Positions 38,866 through 51,900 of a stretch of DNA of 64,000 nucleotides are shown here, one piece after another. Source of the stretch: Sphyrna mokarran. Its lineage: Eukaryota. The position numbers and the translations under genes are program-made. Each line of letters opens with the position of its first letter. The first letter of the stretch is position 1. The stretch lies in NCBI GenBank assembly GCA_024679065.1, contig JAGIQG010000014.1, positions 49,724,001 to 49,788,000 of the forward strand, written 5' to 3'. Below the pieces are notes generated by a model. The model was not told the DNA's origin, did no database searches, and was given only the letters and a program-made list of their open reading frames with translations.

Positions 38866-39175
38866 TAGAAACCCTACAGTGCAGAAGGAGGCCATTTGGC
38901 CCATTAAGTTTGCACTGACCACAATCCCACCCAGGCCCTATCCCTATAACCTCATGCATTTACATTAATCAATTCACCTAACGTTAAGGGGAAAATTTAG
39001 CACAGTCAATCCACCTAATCTACACATCGTTGAACTGTGGGGAAAAAAACTAGACCACGCGGAGGAAACCCACTCAAGACAAGAGCAAGCTCAACATAGG
39101 CAGTGACTCAAGCTGGGAATCAAAACTGGGTCCCTAGCGTTCTGAAGCAACAGTGCTAACCACTGTGCCCCATCT
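38866..39175 (-). mobile_element. V-SINE, tail type B
   Basis: tagaaaccctacagtgcagaaggaggccatttggccc...cagtgctaaccactgtgcc. Confidence 0.88.
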
Positions 39176-39636
39176 TGCTGCGCTAACATCCGACAATCAA
39201 CATCTGAAAATATTCTAATAGAAAATAAAAGCATTTTAAACCCAGGATCCCAACATTCCTCTTTGAATGTCAAACAGGATTTTGCTGTAGCAAATGAAAT
39301 TGCATTTTTAGAAACAGCACCTCTCAATGATGCGTGTCGTGGTTTGATTAATCCATCATTAATTCTATACAGCTGAGTATGTTGAGCAGGAGTTTTTTGG
39401 CCCTTTCCGCTGGCAGGATCGTCACCACCATGGCGAGTTCCCCTGCTGCAGGACGGGTGAGCCACACAGAATGCCGTAGACATTGACAGGACCAAAAGAT
39501 CCAGCCAGTGATAAATGGTGGGCTGCTTCCACCACTGGGAAACACTCTTTAGGGGTGAACGCGGTGAAAAGTCCCATCCATTGTCTCAATATTTTTGTTA
39601 GAGAAATTTTCATGAAGCAAATTTTGGAAAAATATA

Positions 39637-40080
39637 CACAAGAACATAAGAAATAGGAGCAGCAGTAGACCACCTAGTCCTTTGAGCCTGCCCCATCATT
39701 CAGTAAGATCATGGCTGATCTGAAGTGGATCAGTTCCACTTTCCCGCTTTCTCCCCATAACCCTTAATTCCCTTGTCTATCAAAAATCTTATTCAGCAAG
39801 GTAGCCTCCACCACTTCAATGGGCAGAAAATTCCAGAGATTCACCACCCTTTGAGTGAAGAAGTTCCTCCTCAAATCTGATCTAAACTGCTCCCCACCCT
39901 TATTTTGAGACTGTGCCCTCTAGTCCGGCTATCCTTTCTGAGCGGAAAGAATCTCTCTACCTCTATCCTATCTAGCCCCTTCATTATCTTATATGTATCT
40001 ATAAGATCCCCCCTCAGCCTTCTAAATTCCAACAAGTACAGACTCCTCATCTCTGGTATTAGCCTAATGAACCTTCCAAG
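39637..40080 (-). mobile_element. CR1 3' fragment
   Basis: LEFRRLRGDLIDTYKIMKGLDRIE...TRGHSLKIR; tail aagaacataagaaataggagc. Confidence 0.88.
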
Positions 40081-40187
40081 ATCAATAGATCCTTCTGCAA
40101 GTGCAGCGACCAAAAATACAAGTGTCCTGCACGTTGGAAAGGTAAAGGGCACATTTCAGCCCTGATAGCCTTCGATTTTGAATATGG

Positions 40188-40515
40188 AGAATCATAGAAT
40201 CTTACAGTGCAGAAGGGGGCCATTTGGCCCATCGAGTCTGTGCCGACTACAATCCCACCCAGGCCCTATCCCGATAACCCCATACGTTTACCCTAGCTAG
40301 TCCCCCTGACACCAAGGGGCAATTTAGCATAGCCAATCCACCTCAACCATGCATCTTTGGACTGCGGGAGAAAGCCAACACACCCGGAGGAAACCCACGC
40401 AGACACAGGGAGAACATGCAGACTCCACACAGACAGTGACCTGAGTCAGGAATCAAACCCAGGTCCCTGGCGCTTTGAGGCAACAGTGCTAACCACTGTG
40501 CCACTGTGCCACCCA
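40188..40515 (-). mobile_element. Full-length V-SINE, tail type B
   Basis: Head gggtggcacagtggcacagtggttagcactg; V-core; tail gcactgtaagattctatgattct. Confidence 0.92.
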
Positions 40516-43286
40516 AGAATGTCATGAAAGGAAAATAAATGTTTGAAAAGATAGTGAATGTAGAGGTCAAAAGTGGAGTCACGGGCTCCAGTAAAGAACT
40601 CAAACTCTAAATTCATGGAAGTAGAGATGTGTGTGAGGAAGTGTGTCATGCTTGCTGTCACAGCGAACCATCCCCCAGACTGTGCACCATGTCTTACTGG
40701 AGGTATTTGGTAAACTCCATGCTGTGCACACCATCTGCTAGACCAAAGTACAAATGCAGCAAAACAGAGGATCACAATCAGGAGTCTACAGCCCCGGAGG
40801 GGTTTATGAAATGTTTGCGAGGGATCTGCAAAAGCAGCATTTTTAAAGAATGAAATCTCTTTCTGCAAGCAGGGCCAACAAAAAAAAACAAGGCTAATCA
40901 CTGCAAATGTCAGTGGTGCCTCATTTATTATGAAGGAAAGAGCTTGAAATCAACTATGTATCTTCTTATCCACCACCAACCAAAAGGATGGTTTAATTCG
41001 GCGAATCGATACGAGTTTGGATTGATGTGCTGCCATCACTATCATTGATGTTTGGAGGACCTTTTGTGTGTAACACAAATATGATGACCACGACACATAG
41101 AAGCAATGTGTAAGATGACTCAATGAAAGACCAAAAGTGAGAATCATGCCCCTAGACCAATGAGTCAGCGTGTGGAGGAGAGGAGATCCCACTTCCCCTG
41201 TTCTCCCACGTCCATTAGTGACAGTCGATAATGAATTCTATTGTAAGCGGGGCTGAGGTAGCCATTCCTTTGAAACGCCATGGGATATTTAATTATGATA
41301 TAATGCTAGAAACATTCAAGTTGTTGTTATATTGTAGAATTGATACTATGCCAACCTCACAATAACTTGGCTGCATGAACATTTATTAATGCCCATCTTT
41401 GTAAACAGGAGGGGTGTATCTTGAGTACAGCACATGCTGGTTCAAAGACTGGCATTTCAAGGCTGCTTTTTAACCTAAGAGGATACAAAGCTAAACTAGA
41501 TAAATGCCTCCACGGGAAGCGTGGGTGGGGCATCCTGATTAAGCATAGATGATGAAGGCAGATTATTACTAAGTAAGGTTTGTGCAGACCGCTATAAGTT
41601 CAAGCAGGCTTCTTCTGACTATTCACCTGTAAATTTTCCTCATTCCCAGTTTGCAGAGACAGCAGGAATTCCCACAATGTCTATCAAAGGATTCTTCCCT
41701 ATGTTTTAGGCTATCTGAAATGTTACAATTTGAAACAAAAGTCCAAAAATAAAAAGTACCAAAAATAACATAAAAACATTTTTAAAAATGAAGTCCGGAT
41801 ATAACAGTAAATAAATTGTGACTATCTGAGAAATTATCTTGAATAACGACAAACGATTAAAAGTAGGACAAATGTGGTCATTAAGGGGAGTCTCTCTTGT
41901 GACCATTCTTTTGTAGTCAAGTACATCTTTGTTTGCCATACATGCAACCAGATCACAAGTGATGGATTATTTTGAGATTACATCTCACAGGTAGAACAAG
42001 ACTTCTTTAAAAATTGAAATATAGGTGGCGCACTATGTATAAAGCTGTCACTCCTGTATTTTCAAACCCTCATCTGCCAGTTGCTTACCAAGTCATTTGA
42101 TTGAAAAATTTATTTTATGGTAGCCAATCACTATGTAACTTAAAATTGATTGAATTTCCTTTGTTACAATGAAAATTGAAGTCCATGGTAAAGATACAGA
42201 AGATGGCCATCTGGGTACTGTTGTTGGAAGGTTCTGGTTTAGGGGTGTCAGAGGTACCATTAATTGATGGGATGATGATACAATGTTTGCAGCCATAGTT
42301 GACATTATTATGTCCTCTCCAGTGTAATATCTTCATAAGGCTAGCATCTATTTCTCTTCCAATTATAAAAGGTTTCCTTTAAGAGTAATTTATAGTTTTT
42401 TGTGAGGTGAAGGTGATGGATAATGTGTTTTGTATTCATATATTTCCCTTCCGATATGTTACATGGAAAATATTTATTTAAATTAGCTGGCCTTCCATTA
42501 TGGTGCAAGATGAGAATGAAGCAGCAATGATAAATAGCAATTCCAGTGCTGCTGCATACAAACTGTGATCCTCCCCAGTTTGAAAGGTGAGCAATACATG
42601 GCCCAGAAGGAAAAAAAGAGTTTGGATTAGTATTCTTATTTGCCCATTTTGCTGGTGTTCCACTTTAAGATATACAAGACCAGTTCAGACCAGTATTCAT
42701 ATTCAAGTAAAGCCTCAAATGTTTAGCAGTTGCCACATAATGAATTAACATGTGAAACAAAACCAGTAGAGCCAGTGTTAAACTGCATTGTTTATATTAC
42801 TAGGCTCCAATATTTATGGGTCGCATAGATGGCAGTTATTAGCAAGTAAGGAAACTCTGAAAAATGGGAAACACGGAGGCCGTACTGAATTTAATGGCAG
42901 TGACTCATGTGATTTTTTTTCTCTCTCCATTTTCTCACAGAGCAGCTGAGTAGATTAAAAGGTAATCTGGCTGTTGGTTGGGAAGCCTGTGGTTGAAGGC
43001 CATAACTGAGCTCCCCAATAAAGGAGGGATCGCGATGGGGTGTGAGGGAGAGATTTTGGTGGGGAGGTGAATTGCAGGTCAGCATCAGATCACAGAGTGG
43101 TTGAACATCTATTAACTTCGCAAACAACTGGGCTGTATTTCTCAAGACTACTTTTTAAAATGGAGACACAAAGCTAAACTAGGTAAAAACCTCCATAGGT
43201 GAACTTTCCAATTAAACATAGGAACTGAGTTTGGATTAGTATTCTTATTTGCCCATTTTGCTGGTGTTCCACTTTAAGATATACTC

Positions 43287-44826
43287 TTTTCATTATATGT
43301 ATCACAAATTGTATAAATTAATACATTTCTGCTTATGAGACCACGTCAGAGGTTATGAATTCTTGTATAAAACTACTGTGCTTTTCAGAGATTAATTTGG
43401 TGTTTCTCACATAGCAGTAGTACAAGGAATTGCACCGTCTAGATCGATGTGGTGTCAAAACACATTGAAATCTGGGAAATGAAATGGAACAGCCAACAGA
43501 TTTTATCATTTCAAATTCCCTTAAGCTAGGTATCCATATTGTGAATGCATGTGTTGTCACCGACCTCTCAGGTAAATATTCAACTTTTGCTCTTTCAGCT
43601 GCTTGCTACTGAGCAGGTTTCATTTGATTCAGTTATCTTTGTCGGTGATGATGCACCGTGGTTAGTACTGCTACCTCTCAGTGCCAGAGGCCCTGGGTTT
43701 GATTCCCAACTGGGTTCTCTGTATGTGCCAAGTCTGCATATTCTCCCCTTGTCTGCATAAGTTTTCTATGGGTGCTCCGTTTTTCTCCCTGAATCCGAAA
43801 GTCATGCTGGTTAGGTGCATTGGCCATACTAAATTCTCCCTCAGTGTACCTGAACAGGTGTTGGAGTGTGGTGGCTCGGGGAGTTTCATAATAACTTCAT
43901 TGCAGTGTTAATGTAAGCCCACATATGACATTCACAAATAAACTTCAAATAGATAATCACTGAAATTCATGTAAGGTATGTGCAGACGGCTGTAAATTCA
44001 AATAGATCTCCTTACTAATCACCTGCAACCTTTCCTCATTCCCAGTTTGCAGAAATAGGAGGAAATCACAGTAGGGGTGGCATATTGCACCATGTATACT
44101 CAGGGAACCAATGGAAACATTCCTGCTTTTTCTGGCCCACAAGCAGTGCTGGAAAAATACTTTTTAGTTGAGTCCAGCTGTTCTTATGTCCCTTTAGATA
44201 TCAGATTTATTGAGGCTGGAAAATCCAGCCCAGAGCTATTAGATCCATATGGCTGCTAAAAACTGTACAGAGTCTCATTTCATTCTTATAATTCTGAACC
44301 TGTACCTTAAGAGCAGGTTACTTGCCTGAGCTTCAATTCACTCTGGTTAAATCATAAATTAGCTCATTTATAATGTGTTGGTTTTCCCTATTTTAAGCAT
44401 TAAAACTACCCAGAATACTCACTGGTCAAATCTAGAGGGTTAATTTCTTTTCCCCATTGCATCATCACCGACAAAGATAACTGAACCAAATGAAACCTGC
44501 TCAGTAGCAAGCAGCTGAAGGAGCAAAAGTTGAATATTTACCTGAGAGGTCGGTGACAACACATGCATTCACAATATGGATACCTAGCTTAAGGGAATTT
44601 GAAATGATAAAATCTGTTGGCTGTTCCATTTCATTTCCCAGATTTCAATGTGTTTTGACACCACATCGATCTAGACGGTGCAATTCCTTGTACTACTGCT
44701 ATGTGAGAAACACCAAATTAATCTCTGAAAAGCACAGTAGTTTTATACAAGAATTCATAACCTCTGACGTGGTCTCATAAGCAGACATGTATTAATTTAT
44801 ACAATTTGTGATACATATAATGAAAA
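43287..44826. repeat. 369-bp near-perfect inverted repeat (43287-43655 / 44458-44826), 802-bp spacer
   Basis: Direct comparison shows 3 mismatches; identical 75-aa ORF translations on opposite strands (43333-43560 and 44553-44780). Confidence 0.97.
43653..43945 (+). mobile_element. V-SINE, tail type A, extreme 5' end missing
   Basis: gtggttagtactgctacctctcagtgccagaggccctgggtttgattcc...cattgcagtgttaatgtaagcc...aaataaactt. Confidence 0.88.
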
Positions 44827-45902
44827 AGTCACCGTAAGACTGAATAATGTTGCTCCAATCATAAATCATATTTGGCTTCTTTTTTCTGTCCTGAATACCT
44901 GTTTTTGATGGAAATAAACTGCAATATGGAATTGATTATAAATTAATTAAACGCGTTCCACATTATTTTGTTCTATTCCCAAGCATAATTAAAAATAAAC
45001 TTCACAAAAACACCATCAATCTACATTTTTAAGAATTAAATGAATAAACATTTGGCCAGTTTGTTTTGAAACAATTGTTACCTGATTGATCTTCCTTTGA
45101 ATAGATACAAAAAAATAATTAATACATGCAGTGCTGCATCAGTCAATCTGAATAGATTTTGCCCGGAGCAAATAAAAAAAGCTAAAAGACTGTACATACT
45201 GATTATCTGAAACAAGAACAGTTCTGACAGACCTGAATCACCCCACCAATTAAGGAATTTCCCTGTACACACATTGGAAGTAGGTTTTTATTGCCAAAAC
45301 AATGAATATCTATGCAAAAGCCTAGAAGTTGTTCTGGGTCTTCAGTGAAATAGTTCTGGATGCTTTATAGGATTCTAAGAAGCTATGGTGCAAGTGAACA
45401 CTCGGTCAAGTGTACAAAATGCTTAATACTATATTCCTGTAGACAATTTTGGTTTTGAGATAGAGTGTCAGCTGATAGATTTCTTTTCCTGTTTCACATT
45501 CCTAACAAAGTGGCCAGAGTGTATCGTATCTACCTCACTGCCAAAACTCATCTTGTCTTCGCATATATTGATTAAACCTTATTAAAGCTGACTGATTAAC
45601 AAGACAACACCGCAGCATACATATTCAAAACATATTTAAAAAGTATTATTATTCAAATTTATTTGGGGGTGGACTAAACATTTACATGCTAATCTTTTCC
45701 CTATCTGACATCAGCAAAGAAAACTAAAATGTTTTACATGTTGGAGATTAAAATAAAGCTATTTTTCAGGCAAGATTTTGTTGTAATTTTCTTTTGTATT
45801 TGTTTAAAATTAATTAAAGGATACCTCAAAATGAAAATTATCTACAGGAATATAGTAAATGCCTTTTTAGGCTAAAAATGGTAATGGAATAGTGTAAATT
45901 TG

Positions 45903-46226
45903 TGGCATGGTGGCACAATAGTTAGCACTGTTGCCTCACACTGCCATGGATCTAAGTTCAATTCCAACCTTAGGTGACTGTGCGAACTCCACACAGACAT
46001 TCTCTCTGTGTCTGCGTGGGTTTCCTCTGGGTGCTCCAGTTTTCTCCCACACTCTGAAGATGTGCGTGTTAGGTGGATTGGCCATGTTAAATTGCCCTTT
46101 CATGTCAGGGGACTAGGAAAGTAAATACATGGGGTTATGGAGATAGGGCCTGGGTGACATTGCTGTCGGTGCTGACCCGATGGGCTGAATGGTCTCCTTT
46201 TGCACAGTAGAAATTCCATGATTCTA
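45903..46226 (+). mobile_element. V-SINE, tail type B
   Basis: Head tggcatggtggcacaatagttagcactg; tail gcacagtagaaattccatgattcta. Confidence 0.88.
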
Positions 46227-46229
46227 AAT

Positions 46230-46692
46230 GTCCTAATTTGTGCAGACTCGTTCCATATACATACACTTTATATCAACTTCACCACTTCTCCACTGACCAC
46301 TTCCCCGATCGCAGCCATACCATCAATATTAAACATCCCACTCTTGTTTTCAAATCATTCCCCGGCATGGTCTGTCCCTATCTCTGCCACTTCCTCGAGT
46401 TCTAGGACTTTTCAAGCTATCTGCACATCTCCAGTTCTGCCCTCGTGTGCATTTTCATCACTTCCCCATTTGCGGTTGTTCCTTAACTGTCTCAGCCATA
46501 AGACTGGGAATTGAACCCTAACCACCTCTGCCTTAATTTCTTCACTTTTAAAGCATTTCTTAAATCTCACTTCTTTGACCAAGATTTTGGCCATCTTATG
46601 TCTTGATGTCTTATTTTGTTTTATGAGACTTTACAAAGCACTGTGCAATGTTTTATTACTTAAAGAGTAATATATAAATACAAATTCTTGTT
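46230..46692 (+). mobile_element. L2-type LINE 3' fragment
   Basis: ctttgaccaagattttggcc...ttttattacttaaagagtaatatataaatacaaatt. Confidence 0.65.
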
Positions 46693-47790
46693 AAACTAAT
46701 CTTTTTTTCTTTTTACTGATTATCTATTAAGCCTATTACAATACTTTAGCAGTAGCTGAATTACTGCCTTCAAGTTTACATCATTTTGGTGATCATTTGG
46801 TGTTCATAAAATTGAAACTGCAATGTATTTTTGACTAAAATATGCAGCCTCAGTATTTTTAGTAGCTTTATTAATTTCAAACTATTTAGAAATCATGGAC
46901 TAGACTTGGAGTTGGGCCAATACTGGGCACCTTTAAAAATACTAAAAAGGACTCGGATGCAAAAGTCTGTCCCCCATTCCCAGCAGATTCCATTTTTGCC
47001 AACAGGGCAATGGGGACAGATGTGAATCACATAGACAGGAAAGTAAAGTTCAGCAGGGCCATTTGAAATTAGTGTTAAACAGATGCCATTTTTTCATTCC
47101 AGAAACCCTAATCCATAGTGTTAACCCATTCTCTCATCATGCCCGTGGTGGTGGCCAGGAATGGAGAATTCACCAGGAGCAAAAAAGTTGAAAATTGAAT
47201 CAAAAATTGTTTGCAATCCTTCAAGCTGTAGGACAATGGCAGATCCATTCTCTTGATGCCTTGTTGTGCGAACACTGCTTGCATTCATTTGCATCTCATG
47301 AATTCTCATTAAAATGTTCCCATGCCTTCCAATATTGCGTCATACCAGTGAGAAATCATGTTGGCATTAAACCTATTTGACTAACAGTGACATGCACATT
47401 GACTTCAGTTTGTCTGAGAATTCAAGAGGAGAGCAAAACACATAATTTACTGGCCATGATGCAGTGCTATTTTTGTTGAGTTGAACACCCGCTCCATGAT
47501 ATTGTTTCTGAACTTATTCCAACAGCTTGTAGTTCAACTGTGGGTAGAGTGCAAAGTGAGATTGTGGTGGGAAAGGAGGGGAGGCTAGGAGGAGGCTGAC
47601 AAAGATGAGGGGATTATGAATGAAGGGTTATGCAAGAGCTGGCAAGCTGGTGGGGTGGACGTACAATCATGGTCAAGGGTACAAGGAAGTGAATGATGGT
47701 AACAAACAGTAGAACGTAGAGGCATCACTCAGAGGAAGGTAGTTGGAAGTTGACAATATGAAATACTCACAATCATTGCCGGGGAATGGG

Positions 47791-47825
<35 letters not shown>

Positions 47826-48342
47826 GGAGAGAGGGGGAGGGCAACCCGAATATTATTGACTGGAAGAGGATACATGTAGACTTCAGATAAGGTGGATAGA
47901 TGTCCATATAGCGCATGCATGCCTCAAGGGTGATAGGCTCAGGAATGTCCACCTCCACAATGATAAGACCCAGAACACTTGCAAGTATTGTTGCTAGGGG
48001 ATAAGGGCAAAAGAGTCATTGATAACTGCAGTGCATTGCCACAGAGAGGTACTTCCATTGCTTCACCAGCTCCCTCATTGAGCAGACCATAGCATTTCTG
48101 AAGACATATTTCAGATGCCTGGACTGCTCATGTGGCTCTCTACAATTCACACAAGAAAAGGTTTCCCTCATATTTACAGTTTGCTGTGCCCTTCAAAGAG
48201 ATGGGCCCTTCTCATAACATCTAGAGGATGAAGTGTGAGCAACATGACAGATGGGATGGTGGTGATGTGAAAGTGTCCAAAAGAGAATGGTGTTGATAGG
48301 TGTCCCCTGTTAACAGGCGCATGAGATCCATGAAGAAAGCAT

Positions 48343-48626
48343 GGGGCACATTGCTTAGCATTGCTGCCTCACAGCGCCAGGGACCCAGGTTCGATTCTCA
48401 ACTTGGATCACTGTCTGTGTGGGGTTTGCATGTTCTCCCCATGTCTGTGTGGGTTCCCTTCGGGTGCTCCAGTTTCCTCCCACAGTCCAAATAGACGCAT
48501 TGACCATGCTAAATTGAGCCTACTTTCAGGGGGAAAATGTGCAGAATGACAGAGACAAGGAGGGATTGTTATCAGTGCAGGTTCAAAGGGCGAAATGGCT
48601 TGCTGCTGTGCTGCAGGTATTCTATG
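48343..48626 (+). mobile_element. V-SINE, tail type B
   Basis: gctgcctcacagcgccagggacccaggttcgattc, V-core, tail gctgcaggtattctatg. Confidence 0.88.
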
Positions 48627-48696
48627 AGAGTTGCCACTGGACTCCATGAAACCATGCTGAGAGCTTGAGAGTGAACAGAACTGAGAGAAGACTTAC

Positions 48697-48850
48697 CCTG
48701 ACGGAGCAGAGGAGATCATTTACACACTTCCTGTACTAGGTGATGCTTCTGGTGCAGTTGAAAGCCACACTGGCCTCATGGGCAATGACTTCCCAGCTAG
48801 AGATGTTGGCGTGCCTTTTGGAGCCATCCCTTGGGAGGCTGGTCTCCTTG
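48697..48850 (-). pseudogene. Harbinger Myb/SANT-like exon relic
   Basis: Minus strand LPRDGSKRHANISSWEVIAHEASVAFNCTRSIT*YRKCVNDLLCSVR followed by splice donor gtaag. Confidence 0.7.
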
Positions 48851-48944
48851 AATTAAATCCACAAGAGCAAGGTGGTTGAACTAGAGCGCAGATATCTTCT
48901 TAAGGCTCCGAGTCTTTAGCCTCTGATTTGTGAAGGCAAAGGTG

Positions 48945-51900
48945 GAGGAGAGAGAGTGATGTGAGTGTACTGGGGAGAGGGTGATGTGAGTGTACTGGGG
49001 AGAGGGTGATGTGAGTGTGTTGGAGAGAGGGTGATGTGAGTGTGTTGGAGAGAGGGTGATGTGAGTGTGTTGGAGAGAGGGTGATGTGAGCGTGCTGGGG
49101 AAAGGGCGATGTGAGTGTGTTGGAGAGAGGGCGATGTGAGTGTGCTGGAGAGTGATGTGAGTGTGTTCGGGAGAGGGTGATGTGAGTGTGCTGGGGAGAG
49201 GGTGATGTGAGTGTGCTGGGGAGAGGGTGATGTGAGTGTGCTGGGGAGAGGGTGATGTGAGTGTGCTGGAGAGAGGGTGATGTGAGTGTGCTGGAGAGAG
49301 GGTGATGTGAGTGTGCTGGAGAGTGATGTGAGTGTGTTCGAGAGAGGGTGATGTGAATGTGTTGGAGAGAGAGTGATGTGAGTGTGCTGGGGAGAGGTGA
49401 TGTGAGTGTGTTGGAGAGAGGGTGATGTGAGTGTGCTGGGGAGAGGGCGATGTGAGTGTGCTGGATAGAGGGTGATGTGAGTGTGTTGGAGAGAGGGTGA
49501 TGTGAATGTGCTGGAGAGTGAGTGATGTGAGTGTGCTGGATAGAGGGTGATGTGAGTGTGCTGGAGAGTGAGTGATGTGAGTGTGCTGCAGAGTGATGTG
49601 AGTGTGCTGGAGAGAAGGAGATGTGAGAGTGTTGCACAGAAGGATATGTGAGTGTGCTGGACAGAGGGTGATGTGAGTATGCTGCAGAGAGGGTGATGTG
49701 AGTGTGTTGGAGAGAGGGTGATGTGAGTGTGTTGGAGAGAGGGTGATGTGAGTGTGTTGGAGAGAGGGTGATGTGAGTGTGTTGGAGAGAGGGTGATGTG
49801 AGTGTGTTGAGAGAGGGTGATGTGAATGTGTTGGAGAGAGGGTGATGTGAGTGTGTTGGAGAGAGGGTGATGTGAGTGTTGGAGAGAGGGTGATGTGAGT
49901 GTGTTGGAGAGAGGGTGATGTGAGTGTGTTGGAGAGAGGGTGATGTGAGTGTGTTGGAGAGAGGGTGATGTGAGCGTGCTGGGGAAAGGGCGATGTGAGT
50001 GTGTTGGAGAGAGGGCGATGTGAGTGTGCTGGAGAGTGATGTGAGTGTGTTCGGGAGAGGGTGATGTGAGTGTGCTGGGGAGAGGGTGATGTGAGTGTGC
50101 TGGGGAGAGGGTGATGTGAGTGTGCTGGGGAGAGGGTGATGTGAGTGTGCTGGAGAGAGGGTGATGTGAGTGTGCTGGAGAGAGGGTGATGTGAGTGTGC
50201 TGGAGAGTGATGTGAGTGTGTTCGAGAGAGGGTGATGTGAATGTGTTGGAGAGAGAGTGATGTGAGTGTGCTGGGGAGAGGTGATGTGAGTGTGTTGGAG
50301 AGAGGGTGATGTGAGTGTGCTGGGGAGAGGGCGATGTGAGTGTGCTGGATAGAGGGTGATGTGAGTGTGTTGGAGAGAGGGTGATGTGAATGTGCTGGAG
50401 AGTGAGTGATGTGAGTGTGCTGGATAGAGGGTGATGTGAGTGTGCTGGAGAGTGAGTGATGTGAGTGTGCTGCAGAGTGATGTGAGTGTGCTGGAGAGAA
50501 GGAGATGTGAGAGTGTTGCACAGAAGGATATGTGAGTGTGCTGGACAGAGGGTGATGTGAGTATGCTGCAGAGAGGGTGATGTGAGTGTGTTGGAGAGAG
50601 GGTGATGTGAGTGTGTTGGAGAGAGGGTGATGTGAGTGTGTTGGAGAGAGGGTGATGTGAGTGTGTTGGAGAGAGGGTGATGTGAGTGTGTTGGAGAGAG
50701 GGTGATGTGAGTGTGTTGGAGAGAGGGTGATGTGTGTGTTGGAGGAGGGTGATGTGAATGTTGGAGAGAGGGTGATGTGAGTGTGTTGGAGAGAGGGTGA
50801 TGTGAGTGTGTTGGAGAGACGGTGATGTGAGCGTGTGGAGAGAGGGTGATGTGAGTGTGTTGGAGAGAGGGTGATGGAATGTGTTGGGAGAAGGAGATGT
50901 GAGTGTGTTGGAGAGAGAGGAGATGTGAGTGTGTTGGAGAGAGGGTGATGTGAGTGTGTTGGAGAGAGGGTGATGTGAGTGTGTTGGAGAGAGGGTGATG
51001 TGAGTGTTGGAGAGAGGGTGATGTGAGTGTGTTGGAGAGAGGGTGATGTGAGTGTGTTGGAGAGAGGGTGATGTGAGTGTGTTGGAGAGAGGGTGATGTG
51101 AGTGTGTTGGAGAGAGGGTGATGTGAGTGTGTTGGAGAGAGGGTGATGTGAGTGTTGGAGAGAGGGTGATGTGAGTGTGTTGGAGAGAGGGTGATGTGAG
51201 TGTGTTGGAGAGACGGTGATGTGAGTGTGTTGGAGAGACGGTGATGTGAGCGTGTTGGAGAGAGGGTGATGTGAGTGTGCTAGAGAGAGGCTGATGTGAG
51301 TGTGTTGGAGAAAGGGTGATGTGAGCGTGGTGGAGAGAGGGTGATGTGAGTGTGCTGGGGAGAGGGCGATGTGAGTGTGTTGGGGGAGGGTGATGTGAGT
51401 GTGCTGGGGAGAGGGGGATGTGAGTGTGCTGGAGAGAGACTGATGTGAGTGTGCTGCGGAGAGGGTGATGTGAGTGTGTTGGAGAGAGAGTGATGTGAAT
51501 GTGTTGGAGAGAGGGTGATGTGAGTGTGTTGGAGAGAGGGTGATGTGAGTGTGTTGGAGAGAGAGTGATGTGAGTGTGTTGGAGAGAGAGTGATGTGAGT
51601 GTGCTAGAGAGAGGCTGATGTGAGTGTGTTGGAGAAAGGGTGATGTGAGCGTGGTGGAGAGAGGGTGATGTGAGTGTGCTGGGGAGAGGGCGATGTGAGT
51701 GTGTTGGGGGAGTGTGATGTGAGTGTGCTGGAGAGAGGGTTATGTGAGTGTGCTGGAGAGAGATTGATGTGAGTTTGCTGGGGAGGGTGATGTGAGTGTG
51801 CTGAGATAGGGTGATGTGAGTGTGCTGGGGAGAGGGCGATGTGAGTTTGCTGGGGAGAGTGTGATGTGAGTGTGCTGGAGAGAGGGTTATGTGAGTGTGC

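Noticed and set aside
40950-41250. CpG-containing unique stretch as a coding exon
   Set aside because: No sustained recognisable frame or convincing splice sites; an isolated TGAGTCA motif is not evidence of function.
43333-44780. Two identical 75-aa ORFs as a duplicated gene
   Set aside because: A by-product of the inverted repeat; GTG start and no recognisable domain.
43287-44826. Long-TIR (foldback/Tc1) transposon
   Set aside because: No TSD or transposase. The spacer contains the continuation of local flanking sequence, and the left arm is fused to another local copy.
48881-50521. 546-aa and 245-aa His/Ser/Thr/Pro-rich ORFs resembling mucin or His-rich proteins
   Set aside because: They are read-throughs of a 25-bp (non-triplet) minisatellite whose minus strand lacks stop codons; all three frames cycle through the same peptides.
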